In this document: positions 34,511-47,630 of the stretch, piece by piece
Layout of the letters: every line of letters begins with the position of its first letter
Position numbering within the stretch: the first letter of the stretch is position 1
NCBI RefSeq assembly: GCF_011386835.1
Contig: NC_088812.1
Span: 12,958,001-13,022,000 of the forward strand
DNA length: 64,000 nucleotides
Direction: 5' to 3'
From: Chrysemys picta bellii
Lineage: Eukaryota
Translations under genes and position numbers: made by a program
The notes under the pieces: model-generated
Databases searched by the model: none
The model's input: the letters and a program-made list of their open reading frames with translations, nothing else
Told to the model about the DNA's origin: nothing

Positions 34511-37500
34511 GGTCAGGACGAAGTATCAAGGTGGCGCCTCAGAGCCTCGCTGTGGTGCTGAGAAGCATAATGGCGTCATGTGAAGATATGGTGACAAAGC
34601 ATTATGGGAGTCAGCGAGACGCCACGGCGCAGCACCTGTGACTATTACTCGATTGTGTTGCTGAAATGCCTATCGTGTCACAATGCAAGCTGTTGTGTCA
34701 CGATGTCATTGTGTGGGGATGTCATCACACCACGCCTCAACCCCCTCGTGACATTTAGGGAATTTCTCACATCATTTTGGGATAATCCCTTTCCCCCTGC
34801 GGCCCCACACCAATGCCCTGCAAAGCTTGGAGCACACTCATTGACGCAAGGCCAAATCTGGAAAAAAACCAGGACAGGCGACAACGCTCCTTACAATGCT
34901 GTCTAGAGCCAGGCTCTGAGTAACCTTCAGGCAATGCTCTCCAAGGTGGCCTGTTAATCACTAGCAGCGTGGGAAATAGAACTCACAGCCTCCGTCTCTA
35001 AAAATATAGGCCCATATTTGGGGCACTAAAGTCAGACCTGCACTAGCTCCGTATCCCAGCAACAGGGACTTATATTGGAGTAGGCCCGCTATGTCGCATA
35101 GTCCTAAAGTGCAGGCAAGAATCGCCCTTCGGCCCGTAACCGCTGGAGTTGGGTAGCATGGAATAACTGCAATGGAAAATCAACCAAGCTACAAAGGTGA
35201 GAAAGAACTAAGATTGAAGACATTTAATGAATTAAGCACAGTTTTGTCTGGCATGTGGTAAGGTATCAATATGGTCCTTATGTGTCAGAATCCTGCTGCC
35301 CCAGCTGCGAAAGGCAACAACGGTGCATTTCCTGCTCAGGACGTCAGGGTCATACCAGCCACTCTAAAAATGTACCTGGCGCCTGTTCCTCCCTGCATCT
35401 TCAATGCCACGTGTGCCTAGTTTATGAACGGAAAGCTGCAACCCTGCAGAGCCAATACAGCTTTGGGAGAACAGGCTGGAGTCTTCGTGGTCTCCTTTCC
35501 GTGCACACGTGACTCCTCAGTTACATGCTCGCCTGGAGAACAGAGCAGGAAGCCCCAGTTCTAGGGTCCCGAGTGCAAGTCCCCATCTGAGGCTGGAAAA
35601 ATCACAGCTTGATTTTCAGCAGCTCACCTGAGCTCGGAGTCATTCGTGGAGTCTCCGCCCCTGGACCGACGCAGCTGGGATTGGGGTTTATTGAGAGCGT
35701 TGTCCTCAGTGGTGTGAGCACGCTGCTGCTCAGTGCTACGCTGGGCAATGCACTGAGATGACACCAAGGGCACTGCCCATATGGTCTGATACGCTACGTG
35801 TGGCGAACACATGACAGGACAGGGGGTGGGTGGGGAGGGGAAATGGGGTATAATAAATCGTTAATCTCCTGCAGTTACAGATCTGACTGCTGGCCTCCGC
35901 CTAGCCCAGTGCCCTCCTCTGCTGTCCGGGATCAAACCATCAGGCCATTTGGTCTGGTATGCCACTTGCTGCAACGCTGCCTCAACTCTGCTCTCCCACT
36001 CCAGCAGGACCCTTCCAAACTTCCTCTCCCGCAGGGAATGTGGGTAGCACCCTTCTGTGCAGAGGCTTTTTATTGTGCCCTCTGACCGCAGCTGAGAGCA
36101 TCTGATGAGGGCCTGGGGAGACAAAGGGAGAGGAGAACTGCTCTTTCTGGGCCTACCTAGATTGTGCATGAACTGGTCTCCAACCCCCAGGACTCCATAA
36201 GGACACCCCCTGGATTTTCCCAACACTCACTGAGTAAAGCAGTCTGATTCGATAGATGGGGGGGGCGTGGGATTGACCCTGATGAGGGTCTGGTCCCGCT
36301 CTCACAATCAGATTTATAGCTGGGACATGGTTCCTGTTCCTAACTCTGCTGTTGCCTTTGTCACTGGTTCGTCTCTCTGTGCCTCAGTTTCCTCCTCTGT
36401 ATAAGAGGGATAATTCCCAGAGCGGGCGGGGGTCTGTGTTCCCCCGAGACACTGATTTCAGAGCCGGCTACTAGCACATGCTGTAAGAAATGCTGGGCTC
36501 CCTGCCTCACTGGGGTTGCTGGGCTAGAGGGTTAAATATTTGCAGCTCCCAAGTTTTCTCTATTAATTTCTCACTCCGTCCAGGGCTGGCAAAGGGTGCG
36601 GGCGTATTTGGGCGCAGTGGGGCAGGGAGCTCCTGAATAGGGGAGAGGCCCAAAAAGAACTAGGGTCACTGATCACGAGACAATGGGAGCGGGGCAGGGT
36701 GGGAGGTCCAGCAAAAGGATGTCGGAGTGGGAGGTGATTGGCAGGCCTGGAACCTCCAGGCTACACACTCAAGCTGGGGGCTGGAATGACCCACTCTACT
36801 ACTGGAGGTGGGGGGGAGAGTTAAGTCTCTATGGCCCATTCAGGCCGTATCCTCTCTGCCAGCCAGGGGGAGGTTTCTGTGGCCGCGAGACCTGCCCCAC
36901 TAGGACCTTGGCTGAGAGCCACCAGCTCGGTGCCCAAAGCTCCCATCAGCTGATCCTGACTTTCAATCCCTGGTGCCCTGGCCTGATGACCTTGCAGTGA
37001 GACATGCTGCAACCAACTCGTTGTCTCCGGAGCCACATACTGGCTCAGCAAAAGGGCTGTTTCTGGTGTGTGGAAGGGTCAATATTTGTTCATGTCTCAA
37101 ATATTTGCTTAAACTTGGCAGTCGAGGCAGCAGGACGGGAGCCATTGACAAGGGACAGGGGGCAGGCCCCTGTGGCGCGGTCGCACTGTTATTCCGGGCC
37201 AGGGAGCGCTGGAAGTGCTGCTGGTAGAAGTCATCTTCCCCCGGCTCCATCAGCAGGTGTAGAAAGGTGGTAGATCCCACAATCACAGCTGATGCTACGG
37301 CAGCAAACCAGCGAGGAAGAGACCTGCTGTCAGTCCGGAGAGGAAAAAGGCTCTAAGGGGACCTGGGGTGTCCAGCAAACCAGGGAGAACACGAAGCTAG
37401 TGGTTGATGGGTGCAAAGTGCTAAACTACCATGCAGCTGGCCCTGGCTAAGCCAGTCCCCCTTGAACGGGGCGCTCTGGGGAAATGAAGCATAAGCAGCC

Positions 37501-38557
37501 GGGGGGTCACTGTGCCTCACTCCCTGCCCAGATGTGATTGCAGACAGATACTTGGCCCGGGGGCGTGAGTCAGGCCAGCACCTCTGGAGAGCGCATTGCT
37601 GCTGACCACCACCGCTCCTTCTGCCAGCAGGTCAGAGTGACCCGCGCAGGAGCTGCTCAGATCCAGTGCTTTTGCTGCGTAAGAGAGCCTGGGCCATTGT
37701 TCAAGATTAACTGCGCGAGAGCTCCTCCCAGGACTGGCCTCTGGAAGGACTTTTCCTGTGCTCAACCCTTCCCTGAACAGCCAGGAACTGAAGGCACCAG
37801 CCCGGAGGCCGTTCAGAGCCGCTCCGAGCTGTGGCTGATGGTGCAGCCACAACCCCAAGCCAGCACAGGGCTGTGCAGGAAGAGGGACTGGGGGGTCAGG
37901 GCCCTCATTCCCCCACTCCAGGCACAATGTATAAATGGAGGGTCCGGCTGGTGCAGTAGGTCCCAAAGGCAAAAAAAAAAAAAAACACCCCACCCCAAGC
38001 TCCTTATGCTTCAGCCATGTTCTCTTCCAGTGGAAACTGGACCAAGGGACCCTCGTTACCTGCCCTGGTGGACATGACCCTGGGCGTCTGCCCCCCTGGC
38101 CAGGGAAAGGTCATATGTGCCCGAGTTCCTCCATGTTCATCACATACCCCCGGTCAGAGCTGGCCCTTTGGGGCCATTAACAGCAGCTTTCACTCGGTCA
38201 CCCCTGGCAAGAATGGGTAGCAGGGGCACCCCTCTCCCCCCAGCCTGGGCACCAGATGTGTGTATCACTTAACAGCCATTAGAGCTGCAGAAGTCCTGCA
38301 CACGCACACACACACACCCATAGCGAGAGCAAGAACTGGTGGAAATGCTGGTTCATGGCACTGCTTAACCCTGGCACCATCCTTGCCTCGGTGTTCGCTA
38401 TGTCGCCACCGCATAGTTGAAGCTGCTAACAGCTTCCCCTCCTCGCCCTGTCTGTCGTGGACAGGGATACAGTGCTGGAAACTGCCCCATGGACTAAACC
38501 CCAAAGGGGCCCCTCAGAACCCACTGCTCAGACTAACCACCCCTGCCCCTGTCTATC

Positions 38558-38655
38558 AGGGATGGTCTAGACAGTATTTGGTCCTGCCATGAGGGCAGGG
38601 GACTGAACTCGATGACCTCTTGAGGTCCCTTCCAGTCCTAGAGTCTATGAATCTA
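38558..38655 (+). mobile_element. CR1 LINE 3' end fragment
   Basis: GGTCCTGCCATGAGGGCAGGGGACTGAACTCGATGACCTCTTGAGGTCCCTTCCAGTCCTAGAGTCTATGAATCTA. Confidence 0.85.
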
Positions 38656-38717
38656 CCCCTCATTGCCCAGGGAAACAGGACCATGGCGAGCAGTTCCAAC
38701 TGCAGCGTGGCTAGAGG

Positions 38718-38723
38718 TTTATT
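38718..38723 (-). terminator. Candidate CNPY2 polyadenylation signal AATAAA
   Basis: First canonical hexamer I found downstream of the CNPY2 stop, about 930 nt away. Confidence 0.5.
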
Positions 38724-39652
38724 CTCCTGCCCTGCGCCAGAGATCACAGCGATCTGCAGCCTAGAAAGAGGTCCTCAGGAAACAGACCTGAGACATTTAA
38801 AAACAAGCCCTTCAAAGTAACACGACTCCCCCTGGAAAACCGGATCCCTCCACCCTGCGCGTGCAGACGTTGCTAGCAGAGCGCCGACTCGGCCGGGTCA
38901 TTGGAGCTCAATAAGTCCTGCTGCTGGCGGCTGGAAGTGTCCCCTTTGGACGGATGATGGTGGAGAAGTCTCAGTGCAGTCCCCTTCCCCCGCACTCTTC
39001 AGAAGAGCCACAGAGAAGTGAGTTGCCCACGGTCACAGTGAGACAGCGTCAGAGCCAGAACAGATCCCAAGTCCTGAATCCTGCCCCAGCACTGTAGCCA
39101 CTAGACTACATTGCTGCTCAGAATAAAACCTGGGAGGTCTCACTCCACCAGCCCGTCTAGAACTCGGAGTCCTGATGCCCATGCCTGGTTCTGCCCCCCA
39201 GAGAGCATCTCCTCTCAGAGCTGGAACAGAACCCAGAAGTCCTGGTTCCTGGCCCCCCTTCCTCTTCCCAAGAGCTGACACTCCCACCCCAAGACCGGTA
39301 CGGTGGAAGCTCAACCAAAATAAATAAAACATAAAAGCACCAGAGTAATTGGGCAGGGGGAGGAGGGGTCAAATCCAGACTCAGGACCCTACAGGAACAT
39401 CTGTCCATCTCCTCGGGGAAGGGGCGAGGGAGGAAACATCGACAGCCTAAAGGCAGATTGAAAGTCAAGCGATCCCGAGGGGGCAGGAGAAGGACAATGT
39501 CTTTCCCTCCGAAGGAAGCTGCTGTCTGCTTTCCTCCCCAAGCAAAGATTGGGGTTTCCGGGTGACACACAGCGAGGGTCCCAGGGCAATGCCGGCGGGC
39601 AGGGGAGGAGTCCACTACAGGGGATGTCCAGTTTGATCCAGGCCTTCGCGCT

Positions 39653-42600
39653 TCACAGCTCATCATGGGGGATGTTCAGGGCATGGTCGCACAGATCTAC
39701 GCATACAAGCACACACCGTTAGAACATGGGACTTCCCAGACTGGATCTGAGCGGAGGTCCAACCAATCCAGTGTCCAGCACCAGCTGCTCCAGAGGAAGG
39801 GTAAGAACCCTGCAGGAGGCAGCTGTGGGACAATCTCCTCCTGTCCCCCCGCCCCCACCCCTCGCCAGTTAGAGGTTGGTTCATGCAGTGAAGCAACAGA
39901 GCTCACATTCCTTACACAATTTGATCTTGTGGCAATGAGTTCCACCGGCTAACTGTGCCGTGTGTAAAAAGCACTTCCTTTTCTCAGCTGGGAATTTGTG
40001 CCTTTCGATCGCACTGAATGTCCCTGTATTATTTACATTATAGTAGCACCTCGAGGCCACAAAGCAGGGATTAGGCCCCGTTGTGAGAGTTTCCTGCACC
40101 TGCAGACAATTGGCTTTGCCCCAGAGTTTACAGTCTAAGCATTTTGCTGCCAGTCTCCAGATCAGATCGTCAGTAACATTTCTATCCACTTGTAGGAAAC
40201 AGACAGCGGCTACCACAAGCATTTCCCTTTCCAACTGGCTTAGCAGCCCCTGGCCGGGGAAGTCTGCAGCTTCCCGGTCCCTTTTAACATGCAAGAGGAT
40301 TCCCATATGCGCCTCCGTCTGTATGATTCCAAACACCACAGACTGGCTCACAGCCGCTTTGCTGACCGCAGCATTTCTAGCATCTTTCACACCAAAGCTC
40401 AATCTACCTGGAGGATAATTTCATCCTCACTAAAATGCAGCCACCTCTGGGGTGGGACGTAGCAGCTGTTCAACGCGGTACAGTATCACAGTGCCTCGGT
40501 CTTGAAAGAAAAGCAGCAGTTTGTAGGCGAATGAACCGGGGCGGGAAATAATTGCCTCGTTGGGACGTGGCCAGGACACTGGGCTAACACCCTGACATGG
40601 GATCGACAACTTAAGACTCTCGTTCATGTTCCCAGAGGCAGGTCATCCCTCCTAGAGGTGGCGAGCACAGGAGACCATGGGACTCTCAGCCATTGACTGC
40701 AGGGGCCAGCTGGCTGTGCAGCCCAAGGACAAGGCGGCTGCTCACGTGAGGACTGAAAGCTCTGGCTGCCGGCCAGAGAACAGGGATTGGCTGGCACAGC
40801 AGTGACCTCCGGGGGGGGGGGGGGGGAGAACACTTCATTCCCCCCACCCCGACCATTCACACTTTAGTTAGTGGCTCATGAAAAACGCGGCTGTTTGAAC
40901 AGAGCTGTCGAAGTCGGCCTTTGACCCAGACAGCGCAGAGACACGCAGAGCTATCGGGTGTGCAGGTCCAGGGAGACACAAGGACGGAGGTGTAAAGCCA
41001 GGGTCCCTTTGCAACAGCTTGGACAAGAACGAACAAAGGTCAGGCGGCACCCAGGGCTGCCATCCAAAACCAACTTAGCGGGCTGGGGAAATCAGTCCCT
41101 CAATAGCACCCAGCAATCGGCTGCTCCAATCCCGTCACTGCTCTTGGCAGACAATGAGAATCCCCGGCGCAGATGAGGTTGGGCTGGTTGTGGGACCTCA
41201 GGAACGCTTGGCACCAGCTGGAGGCGGTTAGACAAGGCAGCGTGAAACACATCTTCTGACTTGCAGGCCTCGGGGGGAGCAGCGAGCCCCCGGAGCCGGG
41301 ACACTGCTGCAGAGCCCTCGCACCAGATCCCCAGCAGGTCTCTGGAGAGGGTTTGACACCCCCAGGGCGAGGAGAGGCCAGGGGATGGGAGGGCAAGTTA
41401 CTGACAAATGCGTAAGACCGTGGAAGTTAGACTCAGATCACAGCCTACGTAAAACGGCTGCGGGACGGAGAGTGACCCAGCGGCTGCAGGATAAGAGAGC
41501 CAGGAGCAGCGTCCGGTGGGTAGGGCACTGCACTGGGAATCAGGAGACCTCCGCTCTATTCCCAGCCCTGCCGCTGATCTGCTGGGGGACCCTGGGCAAG
41601 TCAACATGACTCTGCCTCAGTTTCCTCATCTGTAAAATGGGGCTAATGGCCCCATCTGTCCTTTGTGAAGGACTTTGAGGTCTATGCACGAAGTGCGCTG
41701 GCTAACAGCTAAGTATCGTTAGTTCCTTTCTTACTTTCCTTCGGGTTTATGAATAGTTTTTTGTAATGGCTCCTCTCTAGTGCTCAATAGAGTATCTGGG
41801 GAGTTAGCCAGCACTCTACGACAGGGAGGTGGCATCCCTGTGTTATAGATGGGGAAACCGAGGCACAGAGTGGGGACATGACTCGACCAAGGTCTAGAGC
41901 AGAGGCAGGAATTGGACCCACATCTCCCGAGGCCCAGCCCAGCACCTCGCCCATGTGAGCAAGCCCCACTCCGCCCCACTTTTCAGCAGTCAGCACAGCT
42001 CAGCGGCACGTTTCTTGTTTTGGCTGTTTAATGAGCTCACTGATTCCGAGAACCAGCATAAAACGGGAGGCTGTCCAAATTAAAAACAAACAAACGAACA
42101 AAAAACCGCAGAAGGGAGGTGCCTTAAATCGACATCTCGGGGGGGAAGAACTGGCGAAGGAAGGTGCGATTGTGGGAAAGGGGGCGCGGATGAATCCAAC
42201 ACCCAGCTGCCTCCCCAGGCCTCATGGGTGGGCGACTCCACGTCTCAATGAAACTTATGGACCATGATGCAGAGGGATCACTTTCCCCATCACTGGAAGG
42301 CAGCTTCCTTTGGGCTGGAGCGCAGCAGCCAGCCTGAACCAGCGATGCTACAGCACTGGTGCATGATGGGAAGTGGGGAATAACATTGATTGAGTACAGG
42401 GGACCAGCCGTGGTATCCTGGCTAATTCTTCCCCGTCCCTGCGCCCTGCCAAAGGGACCATCTCACTCCTAGAGTGGTGGCTGCTGGCTGGGCTTGGCCT
42501 CCAGGCAGCCATCCAGAGGCGAACGAAAGCCTCCAGGCTCTGTTTGTTTTAAACCAACAAAAGGAAGTATTTCTTCACTCAACGCACAGTCAACCTGTAG

Positions 42601-44832
42601 AGGATGCCAGAGGATGTTGTGAAGGCCAATATACCAGGCTTCAAAAAAGATAAGTTCGTGGAGAATAGGTCCATCACTGGCTATTAGCAAAACCATGCTC
42701 TGAAGTGTCCCTAGCCTCTGTTTGCCAGAAGCTGGGAATGGGCAACCGGGGATGGATCACTCGATGATTCCCTGTTCTGTTCATTCCCACTGGAGCACCT
42801 GGCATTGGCCGCTGTCGGCAGACAGGACACGGGCTGGACACCATTGGTCTGACCCAGTGTGGCCGTTCTGATGTTCCCTGTCTGACTAGCCCCCCGCCCC
42901 AAGCCGCAGTAGAGCCTCACTTACCGGTCCGCTTGCTGCAGAGCCGATCCTTGACGTTGTCGGTCTCACGGGAGAAGAATTCAATGAGTTCATCTTCATA
43001 CTCCTCGGCGATCCTCTCGCACTGCAACGGGAGTCAGAGAGTGTCAGAAAACCTGCATCCTGCCTCCCCTGGCACTCGGGTTGCACAGGGCAGCAATGAC
43101 AGAGAGGAGAAATGCGGCTGGGCCCTGCTCTACGTAGCCCCAGCCCCACCTGCGCATGGCTTGCTCTGCGGTGGCAAAGCACAGTGGTCAGGCAGTGCGT
43201 GTGTGTGTGGGGGGGTGTCAGCGCTCTGCAGTCCAGGAAGAAGGGTCAGGGTTAAGCCCTGGGGGGTTGCTAGTGAGAGCAGCCTGGTATCTCCCACTCA
43301 TCCACCGGTGCCCAGCACCAGCAGGGCGGGGGCTACTGCAGCTGAGAGTCAAAAGTCAGCAAGGTTCCCCCTTCAACTGGCAGCTGAGCTCCATCGGGGG
43401 AGCCCCACGCACGCCCAGCGCCTCTGCACTCACCGCAAACTTCAGGCGGGTCGTCACATCCCCGTCCATTTTGGTCTCAGAAAGGTCCATCTTGGTCCCG
43501 TCGTGGGAGATCACGCGGACGTAGCTTTTCCGGTGGGTGGAGGGATCCACCTTCTCCCCATACTCTTTCATCTTCTCACAGACCCGCTCCAGCAGCTCCG
43601 TCAGGTGAGCTTCCGATCTGGCGTAGGGCACCTGGGCAGAATCGCAGCGATCCGACACGCTAGGCCAGCACTCACCTCGCCACTCACCCACGAGACAGCC
43701 GCAGCACCCGAGCTCCAACCCGGTCATAACCGTGCTTTGCAGGCATTAGCCGAGCCGCCCTGGGAGCAGCGACAGTGCTAGCCGCTCTTTACGCAGAGGC
43801 AAGACGACTTGGCCGAGGTCAGGCAGTGAGCCAGAGGGGCAGCTCTGCACAGAACCCAGGAGTCCCCACTCCCAGTCCACCGCCTGCCCACAAATTCTCC
43901 CAAGAACAGAAAAGCCCAGGAGTCCTGGGTGCCAGCCGCCTGCGACATCAGCCAATGCTGCCTCTCTAGAGCAAACGTTGCTACCACAGAGGAGCCATTC
44001 GCGGCCGTCACAAACTGGCTTCATAGTGCAGCGTCTGCAATCAGAACAGGAACCCCCCTTCCGTGGCTACCAGCATCCAGTGGGTGGCTCTGCCCACCTT
44101 GGAGTCTTTCGGGGGGAGGAAAATGAATTAAGTGGGATCTTCAGAGCCCCGTCCCTGCTCCGTCCCTCTCCCCGCAACACCTGGCTCTTATTTCCAGTCG
44201 GGCTCTACAGCCACCTGATCCTTCAGCCATCCACCTGCCACCCCAGGGCTGGAGAGAGGCACCAGGCGGGGCAACGCAAGACACCCTACCTCTACGACCG
44301 ACTGGCTGCCGTCCGGGTTGATACGGAACGACCCCATCTGGATAGTTTTCTTGGGGTCCACCTGGGAGATCTCCCACTCCAGCTCGTCCACCAGGGCCCG
44401 ACAAGCTAGAGAGGAGAAGTCACACATGGTGAATCAGAGGGAGAGAAGCAAAGGGCAGTTACCCGACCTGCCCCCTGCAGCCCTGGGCACGTCAGCAACA
44501 ACAGTTCGATAGTGCACGGCCCGTCGGGGAGCAGCGACTAAGCTGGTCTCTTTCTAAGGGTCTGCCCTGTGCCTGGCCCAATGGAGTCAGAGCCTGAGAG
44601 AGGATCGGCTGCCCTAACGATAATTTGCACTTACTTAGCGTTAACTAACCCAATCCCCGTTTGGCTGATAGGGAAACTGAGGCCTGGGGTGCAAATGCTA
44701 CACAGCAACCGAGCTGGGAACGCCCCCTTTACCTCCACAATGGAGATCCTGACTACTCCAAGCAAGGACATTGTTCAACAGGGACACCAGGATGACGGAC
44801 AGGCAGAGTGTGTGTGAAACCCAGCCATTCAT
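39653..44832 (-). CDS. CNPY2: Protein canopy homolog 2 (ER-luminal saposin-like protein), 5 coding exons, 184 aa
   Basis: Exons: 44832-44733, 44405-44290, 43631-43434, 43021-42925, 39696-39653(TGA). Total is 555 nt. Features: signal peptide MNGWVSHTLCLSVILVSLLNNVLA, motif LHCGACRALVDELEWEI, VPYARSEAHL, and a C-terminal HDEL ER-retention signal. Confidence 0.96.
40433..40620 (-). mobile_element. AmnSINE1-like fragment in CNPY2 last intron
   Basis: AAATGCAGCCACCTCTGGGGTGG and GGCCAGGACACTGGGCTAACACCC match the reverse complement of the AmnSINE1 3' half as recalled. Confidence 0.7.
41500..41950. mobile_element. MIR/CORE-SINE fragments (similar fragments near 2320-2420, 3960-4080, 7590-7690, 12390-12490, 30700-30790, 36340-36420, 56230-56370)
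   Basis: CTCTGCCTCAGTTTCCTCATCTGTAAAATGGGG and GATGGGGAAACCGAGGCACAGAG CORE motifs. Confidence 0.7.
42547..42876 (+). mobile_element. CR1 LINE 3' fragment (turtle type), antisense within CNPY2 last intron
   Basis: AAAAGGAAGTATTTCTTCAC...GAGGATGTTGTGAAGGCC...GGTCTGACCCAGTGTGGCCGTTCTGATGTTC, typical of the CR1 ORF2 end and 3' UTR. Confidence 0.88.
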
Positions 44833-45799
44833 CTTCCCCGCAGGCTGGCACAGTGACCTGCAGTGCTTCCAGATAGTGCTCCTCCTCTCAGCCACGAGGG
44901 GCCTCCCCGGTCCAGCAGGCACTCTGTGGAAACCCAAAGCAAACTGCTTCTGCTACAGCGAATCCCTCCCGGTTCCGACACCGGCCCCTCTAGGGGCTGG
45001 GAGACGTGTCTAACACTGGTCTGATTTGACTAGTATAGTTGTACCATTATAACCTCCGTGCTTACGCCAGCCTGAGGGTGGCTTCCTTTGACTTAGCCAG
45101 GAAGGGCCCTGCTACAGCAGAGCAACAAAGAACTTAGCCTGGGATCCCCGCCCTACCGAATCCTGCTATACCCCCCGGTAGATCTGCCCTGCCCCAACAG
45201 CCCAACCCATCACACTGGGCCAGTATTTACAGCACCAAGGGCTCCGTGGCACAGTCATTCCCTGTTTGTCCACTGGGCTCAGGCTGTGAGCACAAAACAG
45301 GGACTGTGTGGCGGGCCGGAGGCCACAGCGTTTGGCAGTTTGTAGCTGCTCTTTGCTGGTTACTGGGATCGGTCAGTGGCCCTTCTCCCAGGGCATCCTA
45401 CAGAACCTAACCAAGTGCCTGCAGGTCCCCTCCACCAGCCCTGGGGAGTCACAGCATCCCCCCAGGACAGAAGGGAACAACAGCCCATCGTGGAGCCTTG
45501 GGGGGCAGGGGAGGGCCAGCTGACACCCTCATTCCATGGGTCTGTAACCTGTTCCCCAGTGTGCCCCACTTCCTGTCAGGGGCCCCCACTCTCTGCCCCC
45601 TCAGAGGTCCCCAGAGGCCTCTCTAGCTCCCTGTTACACCCCTAGACAGCCCCCCCAAGCCCAGGACCCCCATACATCCTACAGAGATCTCCATAGGGAC
45701 CCCCCAACCCAGATGCCCCTATAGAACCCTGTTTAAAGCCCCCCCACTTGCCTAGTCAGCCCCCCTCACACACACCCTTAGAGCACCCTAGACTTAGGT

Positions 45800-47630
45800 C
45801 CCCCCATGCACTGTATAGGGACCCCACTCCCCTATAGAGCCCCACACACAGCATCCCCCATACACCGTATAGGGACCCCACTCCCCTATAGAGCCCCCCA
45901 CACAGGGCCCCCCATACACCGTATAGGGACCCCACTCCCCTATAGAGCCCCCCACACAGGGCCCCCCATACACCATATAGGGACCCTCTCCTCTATAGAG
46001 CCCCCCACACAGGGCCCCCCATACACCGTATAGGGACCTCACTCCCCTATAGAGCCCCCATACACCATATAGGGACCCTCTCCTCTATAGAGCCCCCCAC
46101 ACAGGGCCCCCCATACATCATATAGGGACCCCACTCCCCTATAGAGCCCCCCACACAGCCCCCATACACCGTATAGGGACCCCACTCCCCTATAGAGCCC
46201 CACACACAGCATCCCCCATACACCGTATAGGGACCCCACTCCACTATAGAGCCCCCCACACAGGGCCCCCCATACACCGTATAGGGACCCCACTCCCCTA
46301 TAGAGCCCCCCACACAGGGCCCCCCATACACCATATAGGGACCCTCTCCTCTATAGAGCCCCCCACACAGGGCCCCCCATACACCGTATAGGGACCTCAC
46401 TCCCCTATAGAGCCCCCATACACCATATAGGGACCCTCTCCTCTATAGAGCCCCCCACACAGGGCCCCCCATACACCATATAGGGACCCCACTCCCCTAT
46501 AGAGCCCCCCACACAGCCCCCATACACCGTATAGGGACCCCACTCCCCTATAGAGCCCCACACACAGCATCCCCATACACCGTATAGGGACCCCACTCCC
46601 CTATAGAGCCCCCCACACAGGGCCCCCCATACACCGTATAGGGACCCCACTCCCCTATAGAGCCCCCCACACAGGGCCCCCCATACACCATATAGGGACC
46701 CTCTCCTCTATAGAGCCCCCCACACAGGGCCCCCCATACACCGTATAGGGACCTCACTCCCCTATAGAGCCCCCATACACCATATAGGGACCCTCTCCTC
46801 TATAGAGCCCCCCACACAGGGCCCCCCATACATCATATAGGGACCCCACTCCCCTATAGAGCCCCCCACACAGCCCCCATACACCGTATAGGGACCCCAC
46901 TCCCCTATAGAGCCCCACACACAGCATCCCCCATACACCGTATAGGGACCCCACTCCCCTATAGAGCCCCCCACACAGGGCCCCCCACACACCGTATAGG
47001 GGCCCCACTCCCCTATAGAGCCCCCCACACAGTGCCCCCCACACACCGTATAGGGGCCCCACTCCCCTATAGAGCCCCCCACACACCGTATAGGGGCCCC
47101 ACTCCCCTATAGAGCCCCCCCCACACCGTATAGGGGCCCCACTCCCCTATAGAGCCCCCCCCACACCGTATAGGGGCCCCACTCCCCTATAGAGCCCCCC
47201 ACACACCGTATAGGGGCCCCACTCCCCTATAGAGCCCCCCACACACCGTATAGGGGCCCCACTCCCCTATAGAGCCCCCCACACACCGTATAGGGGCCCC
47301 ACTCCCCTATAGAGCCCCCACACACCGTATAGGGGCCCCACTCCCCTATAGAGCCCCCCACACACCGTATAGGGGCCCCACTCCCCTATAGAGCCCCCCA
47401 CACACCGTATAGGGGCCCCACTCCCCTATAGAGCCCCCACACACCGTATAGGGGCCCCACTCCCCTATAGAGCCCCCCACACAGTGCCCCCCATACACCG
47501 TACAGGGACCCCACTCCCCTATAGAGCCCCCCATACACCATATAGGGACCCCTCTCCCCTATAGAGCCCCCCATACACCATATAGGGACCCCTCTCCCTA
47601 TAGAGCCCCCCCCCACCGTACAGAGATCGC
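45800..47630. repeat. About 1.8-kb minisatellite in CNPY2 intron 1 (about 53-bp and 38-bp monomers, about 358-bp higher-order repeat)
   Basis: Core CACCGTATAGGG(A/G)CCCCACTCCCCTATAGAGCCCCC. The variant GACCTCACTC recurs at 46035, 46393 and 46750. Confidence 0.97.

Noticed and set aside
36963-37340. Protein-like minus-strand ORF (…WFAAVASAVIVGSTTFLHLLMEPGEDDFYQQHFQ…)
   Set aside because: No real start codon, partner exons or recognisable family. Treated as chance.
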